Below, in pieces: positions 49,790 to 64,000 of a stretch of 64,000 nt of DNA (position 1 is its first letter; the number at the start of each line of letters is the position of its first letter). Source of the stretch: Octopus sinensis (Eukaryota). The position numbers and the translations under genes are program-made. The DNA is taken from contig NC_043013.1 of the NCBI RefSeq assembly GCF_006345805.1, forward strand, positions 41,602,001-41,666,000, given 5' to 3'. The notes under the pieces are model-generated. The model saw only the letters and a list, made by a program, of their open reading frames with translations, was not told where the DNA came from and did not search any database.

Positions 49790-51730
49790 AACTACAGGGA
49801 CAGCTAGAGAACGAACGTCTGTTACCTTATTTTTTGTTTCAGTTTTAGGTATTAATCTAATACGCCCGTAATATTCCCTCCTAATCTTTCTTTTCGTACG
49901 TATTTGTTGTATGTACACTGTCTAGTCCTTTGATTCTTAAGTATGTGTATGTTTGTATTTGATCTAAGTCTCTTATCTCAGTTTTTTATTTTTCCTTTTT
50001 TATCTAATACGGTATTAGTGTTCATAATTTTCTTCTCTTCAAGGTCACTTCAGCGTATTTTTCTAAACCGAATCTCATATTGATTTCTTAGATAAATACG
50101 TGTCCTGTTTGCAATAATGTGTTTAGTTGTTTATCCTTGGCAGCATACAGCTTCAGATGATCCACACACAAAAGACAGTTGATTACCTTATCATAACATT
50201 TGCATCCGCATCATCATATCGGTTAAAAGCGTTAACTCACGACAGAAAGGGAATAGATAGAGGGAGTCCCCAGGGAATATTCCTCTTCTAACAGAGAGAG
50301 ATTTAGTAATCTTTTTGTCAATAACTGCAAATCCGTTAGCCATTTATTTATGACATATTTCATGTATCTAATTATTGGCGCGAACTTACTCATGATTGGT
50401 ATTTCCAAGATCCAAGTATGAGAATATTATCAGAAGCTTTTCGGTAATCAATCCATGTCATGCTTAGATACTTCATTTTCCTTTCGTGATCTTCGGTTAT
50501 AGCTTTGTTTATCAATCATTCATCTCTACAGCCATTTGATCCATTGCAGAAAACCTTTTGCTCTTCTGGAAAATAGATTGTTTCTTTCTAGGTGTGAGCC
50601 CAATCTCTGCGATATCACGGCAGTTAAGCTCTGTATGTTGTAGGAAAACATGTAACGGGTCTGTAATATTGAAGATCTGTGGTTTCTATTGATTTCGTGA
50701 TTGAGACAGATTTCCCTTCACTAGTTTCGTCTGCATCTCATTAAAACTACTCTGCCAATGCGTGTTTCTGTTAAATATTTTAACCAGAGATTGGCGATAT
50801 CGTCATGTCTTTCTAACTTCCAGTTCTTTTTTTATTCTCTTTCGTATGAACATTTATTCTCCATGTTGTTTCCTTGGTTTTTGTTTCTCATGTTTCAGCG
50901 AATATGAAGCTCTACCCATTTTTCTCTTTAATCACATGGGCTGCTGCATATTTTGTTTCATTTTGTCTGATAATTTTGACCAACGGAACCCGTGGAAATT
51001 CCAACGTATTAGTCAGCACATTTGAATATCTACTTTTCTTTCAGCCAACTCTCATAATTCTCTCTCTTTCTCTCTCTCATGCTTTCTATTCTTTATTTTT
51101 CCACGGATTCCACTATTTCTATTTCTTCCTTTTTCTCCCCTTCTCTCCATTTTCTCTCTCTCTCTAAATATACACATATTTCTCCAGTCGAGTTGTTAAC
51201 TCCCTTAGCGTAACACATCAGCCGGGCCGCAGGAACAACTAGAACTATAGTGCAATATTTTCGTCCATTTTATGTCTGTGTAATACAAGATTGTGTTGTT
51301 TTTTATTGTGACTGTCATTTTCTCGTTGAGTTTTACCTTTAAATAAACTTTTGCTTGTCCATGTAAAGATCTATTGTAATTAATTCTTGAACTAGACTAA
51401 AAGAGCCAGGATTCGATTTCCGTCTTTAAAACTTCCTCCTCTTATATCTTTCTCATATTCTCTTTATTCTATATTGCAGCCTATTTGGTCTGATTTCGTT
51501 AGACATTACTGTGCAGTTAACGAGTTTCGGTTCCTCCTGTTTTATTTCGTTTGTGTAGCATATCTTTGTTCTATTTTCGTGGTTTACATTCTCCGTGTTT
51601 TTATTGTTGTTAGGCGTTTTGCGACCATTACTTTTAGTTTCATAATAAATTCATTATTACAAATGCTTTGTTTTAATTTTCTATACCTTTCTTTGTGAAT
51701 GTATCTTCTTAAATCAGCTAGTTTGTTGGC
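49790..51730 (-). pseudogene. Decayed R4/Dong-type LINE reverse transcriptase
   Basis: In order on minus: NWK..HDDIANLWLKYL; YRPVTCF; GSNGCRDE*LINKAITED; LSMTWIDYRKA.D; RRGIFPGDSL; INCLLCVDHLKLYA; INMRFGLEKYA. Confidence 0.85.
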
Positions 51731-52254
51731 GTCCAGCGAACATCTAGATCCCAGTCATTTGCCTTACAGGTCTTATTCGAACATATAACAATATATTCGT
51801 TGCATGTACACAGTTTTGCTTGCTGTAAAGTATGCATGTAGAATATAAACTTAATCCAGCCGTGTCTGTTTATGTTTTTCTGATTTTATTTGCTAAATTT
51901 GAGGAGTAAAGATTATGTGTGCCTGTCTGTGTGTTTCTGTTACATAATTAAAATAAGTGTACTGAATAACGTATGCGAAAAAAAAAGACTTTCAATTGAA
52001 ATTTGACCGGAACACGTCTGCCGGTTTCATTTCGTTAGCTGACAAAGATCAGATTTTCTCGTTTATGAAATTAATTCCTAATTCTTTGAAGTTATCTATA
52101 CTTTTCTTTAAATCTTGCTAGTAATAATTGCGATCAGCATTTTGTCTTCCTTTTCAAATGGAGGATCAAATACCAATTATTTCAGTATGTTTTTTGTACG
52201 TAATCACTCCTAACCTGTCTCATGTTGTATATATATATATCATACATAATAGGC

Positions 52255-52640
52255 AGGCGTGGTTGTGTGGATATAGTGGCAGGCGTGGTTGAGTAGTAAG
52301 GAGCTTGCTTCCCAACCATATGGTCTCGGGTTCAGTCCGGGTTCAACCTTTGACTGACCAACACCATGTGAGTTGATTTGGTAGACGGAAGCTGGAGAGA
52401 ATCCCGTCGTGTATGTAAGAGTTTGTATACGTGTGTATGTGTGTTCTTGTCATTGTGTTTGTATTTATCTTGAAAACCGGTCTTGGTGTGTTTACGTCAC
52501 CGTGACCTAGCGTTTCGGCAAAAGCGACTGTGAGAAAAAGTACCAAGCTTGAAAAATAATAAGCACGTGATCGTTTCGTTCGACTAGAAAATTGTTCAGG
52601 GGTGCCGTCGCAGGATCGAAGACCGAAATGAGTAAAAGAT
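52255..52640 (+). mobile_element. SINE family C copy (partly deleted)
   Basis: Family head and tail; another copy lies at ~60105-60490(+). Confidence 0.75.
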
Positions 52641-52766
52641 AATCGATAAAGGATATGTGTGCGTATGTGTGTGTGCGTATATATATATATATATATTATA
52701 TATATATATATATATATACATATATATACATATATATATTATATATATATATATACATATATATAC

Positions 52767-52797
<31 letters not shown>

Positions 52798-52815
52798 ATA
52801 TATATATATATATAC

Positions 52816-52871
<56 letters not shown>

Positions 52872-53905
52872 AACATATAATACATATATATATATAATAC
52901 ATATATATATATATCTATATATACATATATATACATATATATATATACATATATACATAATATATATATATATATAACATATATACATATATGCATATAT
53001 ACATATACACACACAGACACACACATACCTATATATATTTGTATATATATGTGTGTGTGTATGTATCGTTGTGTCCTATGAAAGCAGAATTAACGCACCA
53101 ATAATTTATAGTCGAACTAACTGCCGAGAAAGCATGAACTTATGCTAACCAGTTTATCCTAGTTTCTGAGGAATTTATTAATAAAGATCTTATATTCAGT
53201 ATCTTCGCGGATATCAAAGTCATTATTCGGCACATAATGAGATCCCAATAAGACTGAAACCGATTTGGTTGAACACGCTTTTTCTGCCTGCGAAGGTACG
53301 CCATACAATATAAGTTATATACCGCTGTTTCTAAAACCGTTGCCTAAAAAATTATAGATTAATTATATAGTACATCGTATCATATCTATTTATCTCTCTA
53401 AATAAAAAATAATTCTCTGCAGTGAATTTTGCCAGTTAGAGAATATATTTCCGATAGGGAACATTATTTCCGATATTTTGGCGCACCAAAACGAAGACTT
53501 TGAAATATAATCCCAAATGTAATTGGTAGAACTATATACATATTCATTCTCACGCAGACGTCTCGTGTATAGTTCTGCAAATTATACTTTGCTATGACGA
53601 TCAGACTGATGAGTTGCGGACATGCTACGGAAGTGATTACATAAATGGCAGCAATGAAATTGGTTTGTGATTAATCTGTATATTTTGTATCTTTTCATTT
53701 GTCTTGCTCGCTTACGTTCTGGCGTTTGCTAAATTTTCTTGGGAACATTCCTTTCTTAGTGGTAAGACCATAAGGGATCGACTTCTAGCGTATGGATGTC
53801 CACTTCGTGGTCATCCCACTTATATGTATATATATATATAATATATATATATATTACACGTATTTATATATATATATATATTACACGTATTTATATTATA
53901 TATAT

Positions 53906-53939
<34 letters not shown>

Positions 53940-54434
53940 ATATATATATATATATATTTTACATATATGTATATATATTTTACACATATGTATATATATA
54001 TATATATATATAAATATACATATATTATGTGTACATATTGTTCCACCATCTCCCTCACCAGCTTAACCTAGTCACTCACATGGTGAATTCCCCCACTTTA
54101 ACAAACCGGTTGAGTGATGTATATTGTTTGGATTTCTTTGGCTTAAGCGCGCCATTAACTTATCCACTCTAAATCATAATTTAATTACTTCGCACACGCA
54201 TAGATACATGCATACGCTTATACACATACGTACAAAGACTCACAGAAGCACATACACACACACATGCATTCATATACATACAACTACATATATATGCGTG
54301 TGAGTGTATTTACGTATACACACATACCCCCCACACACGTGTATATATATTATATATATATATATATATATATTATATTATATATATATATGCATATATA
54401 TACATTTATACATTTGCATATATATAAACACATG

Positions 54435-54465
<31 letters not shown>

Positions 54466-54617
54466 TATATTTATATATACATTTGCATATATATATACAT
54501 TGAGAGAGATGGTGTGAGAGTAAAAGTAAAAGGGATTGAATATAATTTCATTGTTTAGTCGAGTGATTAATTGATTTAGATATATGGAGATAATCTTGTC
54601 TATTATCCTCGTTATGT

Positions 54618-54955
54618 GAAGGCGCATGGCTCAGTGGTTAGAGTGTCGAGCTTACGATCGTAAGGTTGTGAGTTCGAATCCCGGACCGGGCTGCGTGTTG
54701 TGTTCTTGAGCAAGACACTTTATTTCACGTTGCTCCAGTTCACTCAGCTGTAGACATGAGTTGCGACGTCACAGGTGCTAAGCTGCTTTGGCCCCTTTGC
54801 CTTTCCCTTGGATAACACTAGTGGCATGGAGAGCGGAGGCCGGTATACATGGGCGACTGCTGGTCTTCCATAAACAACCTTGCCCAGATTTGTGCCTGGG
54901 AGTGTAACTTTCTAGATGCAATCCCATGGTGTGTCATGACCGAAGAGGGTCTCAG
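54618..54955 (+). mobile_element. SINE family D, near full length
   Basis: A/B boxes and CORE-like segment; its tail recurs reversed at ~27650-27755. Confidence 0.8.
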
Positions 54956-55869
54956 CAGCAGTATCATCAGCTACGATTATGCTGATGTACCTCCATGTCG
55001 CTGGTTCTGTTCCTTTGTACGTTTTGATGTCTGTACTTTGATGGTTCGGCCTATCAGCGCCATTTTAAAACATGGATACAATGAGGACCTCACGAGTCTA
55101 GCAGCCCAATGATAATCTATGCAAATAGCTTGCTGTTTGTAAATATATGCTATAGAGCCCAAGACATTGATTTTTCTTTGAGGCTTATAATGCTGGGAAG
55201 ACGGCCCTGCAGCCTGTAGCACGTGCAACTGACTCATATACCAGGAAGATTGTAATATTTTGTACATAGTAAGACGGCGAACTGGCAAAATGCATAGCGC
55301 TATTTCGTCTGTCTTTGCGTTCTGAGTTCAAATTCCGCCGAGGTCCTTTGCCTTTCATCCTTTCGGGGTTAATAAATTAAGTACCAGTTGTGTACTGGGT
55401 TCAATCTAAATTTCGGGCCTTCTGTCTAGAGTAGTACATAGTAGATCCTTTATATTCTTTCTAATTCTCCCTAATTTTAGCACAAAGCAATCAGTTTTGA
55501 TGGGAGGTGAGGTTAGTCGATTTCATTGGTCACAGTACTTGATTGATACTTTATTTTATCAACCTCGAATGGATGAAACATAAAGTCAGTCAAGATGCAA
55601 TTGAAACTCAGAACGGAAATAGCCGAAAGAAAAGCAGCTGAGCAGTAAGCGAGTTGACTTATCAACAAAGATATTCCAGACGAATGTGGTCCTGTATTTT
55701 TGTAAAGCCAGACCTACATTGTCTTTCCAGATCTGTGGCAATGGCAAAATTCGATGGATCCAAAGAAAAAATTTTAGAATTAGGAGGGTGAGCAGACAGA
55801 GGCTCAGAAAGATGTTCGCATAACTACCATTCTGTTTCTTCATAAAATTTGCTATTACTGTCTCTATCG

Positions 55870-56320
55870 GTGTCAGTTTCCGTTGTGCTCTCGAGCACAT
55901 TGGGCAGCAAGTTGATGCCACTAATTTCTGTTGGCTGTGGTTTTCTCTGTATCTCTCTCATGTCGGTTATGAATGTTCAGCTCCAGGTAGTTTAGGTCTT
56001 CTCTTTCTTTTTCCCTCTAGCAACGTCCGTTTGGAACCTGTTTTATAACGGCATTGTTCTGATAACCGAAGTATATGACCGCTAGTTTCAATCTTCGTTC
56101 TGTGATGATTTCGCTAAGTGGTCTTGTATTAACTCTCTTTGGAACGTCTTGTTTATATGGTCTTGCTTGTACGTTCTCAGAATCCTTTCCGAGCATCTTT
56201 GATGGAAAACATCTAGCTTTCTGCCGATTTTCACAGTGCTCCCCCGTGTCTCACTAGGATACAGAACTCTTGGTAGAACTATGCCATTATAAAGCCATTA
56301 ATGTCTGTAGTTCTTTAAAC
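55870..56320 (-). pseudogene. RTE-clade LINE 3' fragment
   Basis: LYNGIVLPRVLYPSET; RKLDVFHQRC..RILR; NTRPLSEIITERRLKLA.HILRL; LEGKRKR.RPK are typical RTE post-RT motifs. Confidence 0.8.
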
Positions 56321-58990
56321 TTTTCATACAAAACCTACATAAACACACACACACACACGCACACACACAACGCATTTTCCATGCCTTAAGTTCCATCGGG
56401 GTAGAAAAAATAAGAGAGTGTTCCATTGATACATCCATAATAAATCATCATTGATGAATAAATTATCAAGTTGGCAATGGAAATTCTTGTATAAATTTAA
56501 TGTTATGTAACCACTTTGACTTTCCTACACCCTATGATAATCTGTAATGGTCTTACCTGCATCGTTTCTTTGAATTTTGCGTTAGTGTTATAATGTTTCT
56601 AAATGAAATGCATCTTGGAGAAGAAATCCTAGCTGCAAATGTTACATATTCTATTAGAGTTTTCCCAGGAAAACTTAATCTGTTCAGAATTGCGCGTAAG
56701 GAATTGATGCATATTCCAACCCCTGCCATTATTGAGGAAGATCAGCAAGAAGATGTTTTAGTGTACACTGAGCACGTGAAGAATTGCACAATGATATGGA
56801 AAATTGGTTTCAAAGATCTCCAGAAAATGAATATTGCAAGTTAAGTAGGAGATCCATTTGGGACAAATGCAACAGATGTATCAATATATATGGGACTATA
56901 ATTTAATTATAGGCTCATTAACTTCTGGACATGTAGTGAACTAGCTATGAAATTCGCATTGCTTCGGCCGGAAGTAAACTTATATTTCATGGCCCTTCCT
57001 ACTTTATACTTTGTGGGAGTCTTGTTACGTATTCGTTGAGTGTTTTTTTGTTTTTTTTTTTGTTTTACAATCAAAAGATCTCAATTGTTTAGAAACTGTA
57101 AGCAGAGTTGATTTTCGTTTGTTTCTAACAATCACGGGCCCTGATATTGAAAATCTTGTGGAACTGCATCGGCCACAAGAATCCCGCTAAAAAAATGCTA
57201 TAAAAATGTAATGTTTTTTTATTCTTATTTTTTTAGATTTTGTTAAAATATATTCTTTTTCTGCACAAGAAGTAATCATTTCTTGGAAGATATTAATTTT
57301 CTTGGCATCAACAAAAGCTTTTCATTACGTGTGCCATAGAAAAATAATAATGTGTGATTATAAATGTTTGTTTTATTGAACCCCAAAAATATATTTTCTT
57401 TTTGTAAAATAGAATAATAATAAAGAGTAAATGTGCAATTAATAGACAATGATATTTTTATGGAGTTTATTATGTTAATAGCAGAAAACAGGTCACCTTT
57501 GAAAAAAATTATTCTTTTTAAATGTTTATTAATTATAATAATTTTCTGTTCAGGAATTGCTTTCATAACAAATTATCAGTTTTTAAAAATTCATAAAAAT
57601 AAATTTCACGATAATAAAACTAATTTAAAACAATTAATAGTACAATTTCCTTATCATTTGATGAATTCTGCAAACATAATTTTTAATTAAAGGTTGTTGT
57701 TTTTTTTATTTTTTCAAAAGTGACCAATTTCTATTAACCATTTATTACAAAATCGAAGACATTTTTTTCATTAATAATGTCTAAGAGACACAGAAAAATT
57801 AAGGATTCCATTGAGTAGGGGCCTTAGCTAAAAGAAAAAAGTTTGAAACCACTGATCTGATAAATATTTCTTTGTTTAAAAAGAGTAACGTATTATTTAT
57901 GGGTATACACATAATTTGTCTGCTTTGACCAGCAGACTCATGAAGGGGAACGTTCCAGACTGGGCCATTCAGTTCTTTTATATGTCACACATCTGTTATC
58001 CAGAATAAATCGTCTTATTTGCTCTTTATTCATAACAGCCTGGCTTCATACACGAAAGATTTGGCTGCTATTTTTAGTTAACCGATCACTTGCATTATTC
58101 TACCCTCGTTGTCTAATTAGGCGCTTTGCATGGTTTCTTTGTTTCAAGCAAGGCAAAGAATGGCGAGGAATAAATGTGCTCTTCAATTAAAACAGTAATA
58201 CTTGATATAAGGAAGGTTTGGCTGCTACTTTTAGCTTGGTCAGTCACCCACGTAACCTACCTTAGTTGCCAAGTAGGCGCTTTCTATTGTTTCTTTCTTT
58301 GAGGCAAATAAATAATGACTCGAAAGAACATTTTGACTGGCTAAAGGACACTGCAAGATATTTCTAATTGGTCAATTATATATCATATCTAGCCATATCC
58401 TGAGTAAATATATGCAAAGACGTCTTCATTTATATTTAGCTCCTTTGCTTCTAGTGTGTTATATTATTTCCATTGCTGTCTTTCGACTCTGTTTCATCTC
58501 ACAGAATATTTTTGACTATAACCGATAACATAATGAGGAAGCTACTTTGCAGCAATCTACTTATTTGTTGGCAGGGATTAGTTGGATAAAGCGACTTTGG
58601 CAGCAATTTCCAATGATGGATATATACTATAGAATCTTATACATACACATATACGCACATACATGCATTCATACATAAATGCATACACGAATACACGCAC
58701 ACACAAACACACATAGATGCAAGCACGTATACGTATACGCGTATATGTGTATGTCTGTAACATACATATACATATACATACATATACACACATACATATT
58801 TATATATATAAGTGGGTGTGAGTATCTATATATTCACATATACATATTTATAAACATATATATGTATACATATATAGACATATATATATATATGTATGTA
58901 TATATACCTATGTAGGCAACAACCACGCTGAGGTGGTAACGACTATACATATCTCTATGTATACGTGTGTGTGTGTGAATGTGCGTGTAT

Positions 58991-59099
<109 letters not shown>

Positions 59100-59319
59100 A
59101 TATCTGTATGTGTCAGTGCACGAGTGTATGTGTATCTGTAAGTACGGGATGTGTAACGGTGTGGATTCTTTTGTACGCCTCTTGTGTTCACGTCTGAGTG
59201 TGCTCATGTCCCTGTATGCATGTAAGTGCATCTGGGTGTATGTTGGAATGCGCCTGTGTGAGCGTAGGAGTTATTCTGTGGTGTGTCAGCGCGAAGATAT
59301 CTACCCATGTGTATGCTTA

Positions 59320-59675
59320 CAAATACATATACATACATACATACATACATACAAACTTACATACATACATACATACATGCATGCATACATACATGCATGC
59401 ATACATAAATACATACATACATAAATACATACATACATAAATACATACATACATACATACATACATACATACATACATTCATATATACGTACGTACATAC
59501 ATACATACATACATACATACATAAATACATACATACATACATAAATACATACATACATACATATATACATACATACATGCATGCATACATACATGCATGC
59601 ATACATACATGCATACATACATACATACATACATACATACATACATACATACATACATACATACATACATACATG
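59320..59675. repeat. (CATA)n microsatellite
   Basis: Direct run. Confidence 0.95.
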
Positions 59676-61379
59676 TATATATGTGTGTGTGGATAAATAA
59701 GTGTACAGTATTATGCATCCGCAAGGGTTCGAAATATGCAGGCCTAAAAATAAACTTACAAAAGGATGTATATATTTCCATAAAGACAATATGTAGATGA
59801 ATGCCAAATGTTCTTTGTCTCGAATGTTCAATGTCTTTTGCGTTGTCACTGTATGTATCCAGGGAAACAGAATTCTTTGTTCTTTATTTCATTTTGTGGA
59901 TATGTGTGTGTGTTTGTGTGTGTGTGTGTCTATGTGTGCGTGTGTGTGTGTGCCTATGTATGTGTGTGTGCGTGCGTTCGTGTGTGCGTGTGTGCACGCG
60001 TGTTGGAAGCTATTTGGTTAGATTCTGGTGTTTGTTGTTTGTTTAAAACACCAAAGTACTCAATACGTTCTCATAAAATGAAATATAACTACAAAGACAT
60101 GCATGGCCGTGTGGTTAAGAAGCTTGTTTGCATGCACGGGGTATCGGGTTCAGTTCCACTGTACAGCGTCTTGAGCGAGTGTCTTCTACTACAGCTTCAG
60201 ATACACCAATATTCTGTGAGAGAATTTGGTAGATGGAAACTACGGAGGTGCCTCGTCCACACTATGGAGACCTGTCTTTATGTCTGTGTTTGTCACCCGC
60301 CCCGTCCCGCTTGACAAGCGGTACTGTTTCTTTATGTTCCCGAAGTTTGTCAAAGGACCCCAATAGTAAAAGACCCCAAATAGCATAGAAACATAAGTAC
60401 TAGTCTCGATGTGTTCGACTGCAATCCTTGAAGATACTGCCCCAGCATGGCCGCAGTCCAATGACTGGAACAAGTAAAAGATAAACGATAAAACTTCAGC
60501 AGACTGTGTCGTAGTTGTTGAAATAAAAGCCAAGAGGACATCCTATCACGTGATGTGATCAGCAGTGCTTCATCTGGTGATCTCGAAAGTAATAAGAAAA
60601 CAATTTCAAACCACATCTCTAATAATTTACAATACTATATTTCAACGTTCAGCATAACTGGAATCATGCCTCATCAGTAGAACCTTCCAATCTTTCTTTC
60701 TCCAAGCGTGCTTCGAGAGAGATGTGGTGGGTTTTTTTTTGTGACGGTATTTGAAAGTGTTCCTCTATTTGCATACTTTTGCACTAACCAATGCAAAAGA
60801 ATCCCGCTAAATTCTTTCGTTTATTCGTTGAACCGCCCTAACGAATGTTAGGTAACTCATAGGACACTGGTAACTCATAGGACACAAAACTGAATTCTGA
60901 CAATTACAGTTATCATCATTTTTGCTTGCTTTTGTGACGGAATAACTGAATGTGAAATTGCTCTTGTTTAATGATCTATGTAGTTTATTCTCTTTCTTGA
61001 TTAAGGAGATAGATTGTTTACCACATACAACGTTCTTTTTGCATCATGGATTGCAGTGGATCGTATTCCTCTTATACATGTAGATGTTTCGGTTTCGTCG
61101 TTTATATACTACTGTGCATTTCAAGCGACTATTCAGAATGTTTTTTGAAAGTTATAGTCACAGGCTTGGTTGTGTAGTATATATATATATATATATATAT
61201 ATAGATGTGTGCATTTTCCCCTTGATTACAATTAACAGGAAAATATAAATAAACAGTTACCAGGGCAGCAAAAAATCACACAAGTAATACGGACGTAACA
61301 CCCTGTTTGTAAAGATAGAAACTCCGGGTTGATGTGAAATGTTTTATATAATATATATAAATAAATAAATGGAGTTAAA

Positions 61380-62640
61380 CGTAGGTGTTATTCAAATTCT
61401 TTTACTTCCGACATATGTTTCGAAGACAACATTGATATTATTCCGAATGAATAAAATGGTGTAAAACAATGTAATCTTCTCATCAGTGAGAAAAAGAAAA
61501 AAACCAAACTCATCAATAAGACACTTTAGCAGAATGTGATTGATGTGTTTAATGATGAACGTTAGAAGATGTAACGTCAAAGGTAGCCTATAGAAAGAGA
61601 AGGGGTAAAGGAAAGAAATAAGCAGAAAACTAATAAAGGAGAAATATAAAGCGATATGAGAATTAGAATAAAAGCTTAAAGGCTTGGAAATAGACATATC
61701 TAGTGGAAGTAAATGGCAGAAGAAAATCAATGTTAAAATTATATAGAATGGTAGATAGCACTTATATGAACTAAAGCTATGTTTCTGCCAATGTTTACAT
61801 TGATAAGCACGTTCTATAAGCGTGTTTACAAGGGGGTTCTTACAAAATAAAATAGAAAATAGTTCACTATTACAGAGTTGGAAGAATTCTTTACTTTTAT
61901 CATATGGCAATGAAATGGAGAGAATCAACCAATCTAAATTAAATTGTTTATTATGGTCTTTTAGATACCAAATTAATTCACTAAGCCCTGTACTATCCGT
62001 TTATTACTATTCCTAAATGTAGAGTAATGATTAGAAAATCTTTTAGATAACTGAGATGAACTACCTATATAAAAAAAATACATCGGTAGCGGAAGTAGTT
62101 TTACACTGGTATATAGAATTTTTAGTTTTAGAATTACTAGACATAAACTTAATTCTGTTGGAATTGACTTCAGAGATAATAACATTGTTGTTAATATTTC
62201 TAGAGGGATGGTTAGTATTAGCTAAATTAATGTTATTATCAGTAATTGGATTCTTATTTAACAGACTAATATTATGTGAAAAGATAATTTGTGAAAGGGT
62301 TTTTGCGTTGGAAAAACTAATCTTAACCGTGTGTGAGTTGAAAATCGAGTAATACCTAGAATTCTTTGGCAAATTCCCAATAATAGCTTGAAAGGTAGAT
62401 TAGATTTAATTTGCCTCCCATAAGGAATAATCAACCAAATAGTTTTGTTAGTAGGTGCCTTATTGTTAGTGTAACTATCTTTAAAAGACATCGATTTACT
62501 TTTAGAATGAAAAATGGGGCTTTAATAACGGTTATCTCCCTTCCGCTGTAAAAACCCTTCCTCTGTTTGATGTTGGCGTCTGAATTAAAACTAAAATCGT
62601 TCATATCGTTACAACTACATTTCATGACTTCATTACTAAA
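61380..62640 (-). pseudogene. Penelope-like element 3' part: linker + GIY-YIG endonuclease + 3' terminal repeat
   Basis: NKTIWLIIPYGRQIKSNL; IFNSHTVKISFS; SIYQCKTTSATDVFF / YIGSSSQLSKRFSNHYSTFRN; WLILSISLPYDKSKEFFQLCNSELFSIL. Confidence 0.85.
61397..61500 (-). ncRNA. Type I hammerhead ribozyme at the PLE 3' end
   Basis: CUGAUGA 61486-61480; stem II GAAGA/UCUUC extended by ACAUUG/CAAUGU with a large loop; GAAA 61421-61418; palindromic CAUAUG; GUC site; stem I imperfect proximally, with UUCUUUU/AAAAGAA distally. Confidence 0.7.
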
Positions 62641-62664
62641 ATACAAAAAATGCAAAAGGTTAAG

Positions 62665-62920
62665 AATTGTTTCCTTTTTTTCATGATGATGTAACGAAAG
62701 CTAACTTTTTAGATATTACACTTAACTTACACATTAATTCGTACTTCCCATACCCCAAATCATCAATCAATCTTAAGCATATGAGTCATTTCAGTAATCA
62801 TTCCAGGGAAATCACTAAGAATTTAGAAATCACTAAGAATATTTCATTTAGATTGTAAAAGTTATCTGCTAGTGTTGACATTTTCAATGACAGGCTATAG
62901 AGAGAAAGTTACCTACATTA
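62665..62920 (+). pseudogene. Inverted PLE RT-thumb segment (5' inversion of the 61380-62640 element)
   Basis: Plus strand: ANFLDITLNLHINSYFPYPK...SNHSREITKNL...NISFRL*KLSASVDIF. Confidence 0.75.
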
Positions 62921-62953
62921 ATTTTATTCAATCTTATTCTACCTTGTATATAT

Positions 62954-62990
<37 letters not shown>

Positions 62991-63199
62991 TAATACAGTG
63001 ATGAAAATAATTTATCCACCATTGCGATGTTTACCACCTGCTCGCGTTGATACATTTACATATGTATGTATGTGTATATATATATATATATATATTTTAG
63101 AAGAAATGAGGTAATCAGAAGATCATATATATATATATGCCTGTGCCAGTCTGTCTGTGTTTATTCATACATATACATACACATACACACACACACAAA

Positions 63200-63722
<523 letters not shown>

Positions 63723-64000
63723 ATGTGCGCTTATCCACAACCAAGCACTGAATACACACAAAATATACATAACAAAAAACAGTGTAATATACACGTTCAT
63801 GCTACACACACGCACACACACACACTCGCAAACATACAAGTACACAGGCACACGCACGCACACAGATGCACACTCACACACGCACGCACACACACGCACA
63901 CACACACTCATACACACGCGCAAGTCCTGAGAATAGTGTAGAAATAATTCTGTCAACAACGCAAAAACTTTGAGATTTTATCTAAATATGCTTTCGAAAT

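Noticed and set aside
53600-53640. Hammerhead-like CTGATGA-GTTGC..GCTAC-GGAA
   Set aside because: The GAAA box is altered and stem III and the cleavage site are missing; too degenerate to call.
57841-57854. Complete hAT MITE ending GTTTGAAACCACTG
   Set aside because: Only one plausible terminus; no matching left TIR or 8-bp TSD was found.

Overview
AT-rich, microsatellite-saturated animal non-coding DNA (intergenic or intronic). The SINE families and simple-repeat load look like an octopus (coleoid cephalopod) genome; this is an inference from remembered repeat families, not a database result. No intact host protein-coding gene, tRNA or rRNA gene is supportable, and almost all listed ORFs are microsatellite read-throughs. 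What can be supported: (i) dozens of tRNA-headed SINE copies in four families, labelled here A-D, with C and D carrying a CORE-like segment; (ii) decayed Penelope-like retroelements (PLE; RT and GIY-YIG remnants at 10.6-12.9, 16.4 and 61.4-62.9 kb); (iii) R4/Dong-type and RTE LINE remnants; (iv) Tc1/mariner, Sola2-like and Helitron/Helentron-like DNA elements; (v) several long inverted duplications, including a ~2.8 kb palindrome; (vi) a SINE-derived minisatellite with higher-order structure; (vii) a CpG-rich, motif-rich candidate promoter at 37.4-38.8 kb. The strongest signal is a set of sequence-unrelated minimal type I hammerhead ribozyme motifs in or next to PLE-type terminal repeats; the best are 23770-23812(-), 61397-61500(-), 20560-20618(+) and 29798-29844(-). 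A reversed-order GAAA-N25-CUGANGA motif is also shared by unrelated repeats. All folds and translations were done by eye, and TE boundaries are approximate to within tens of bases.
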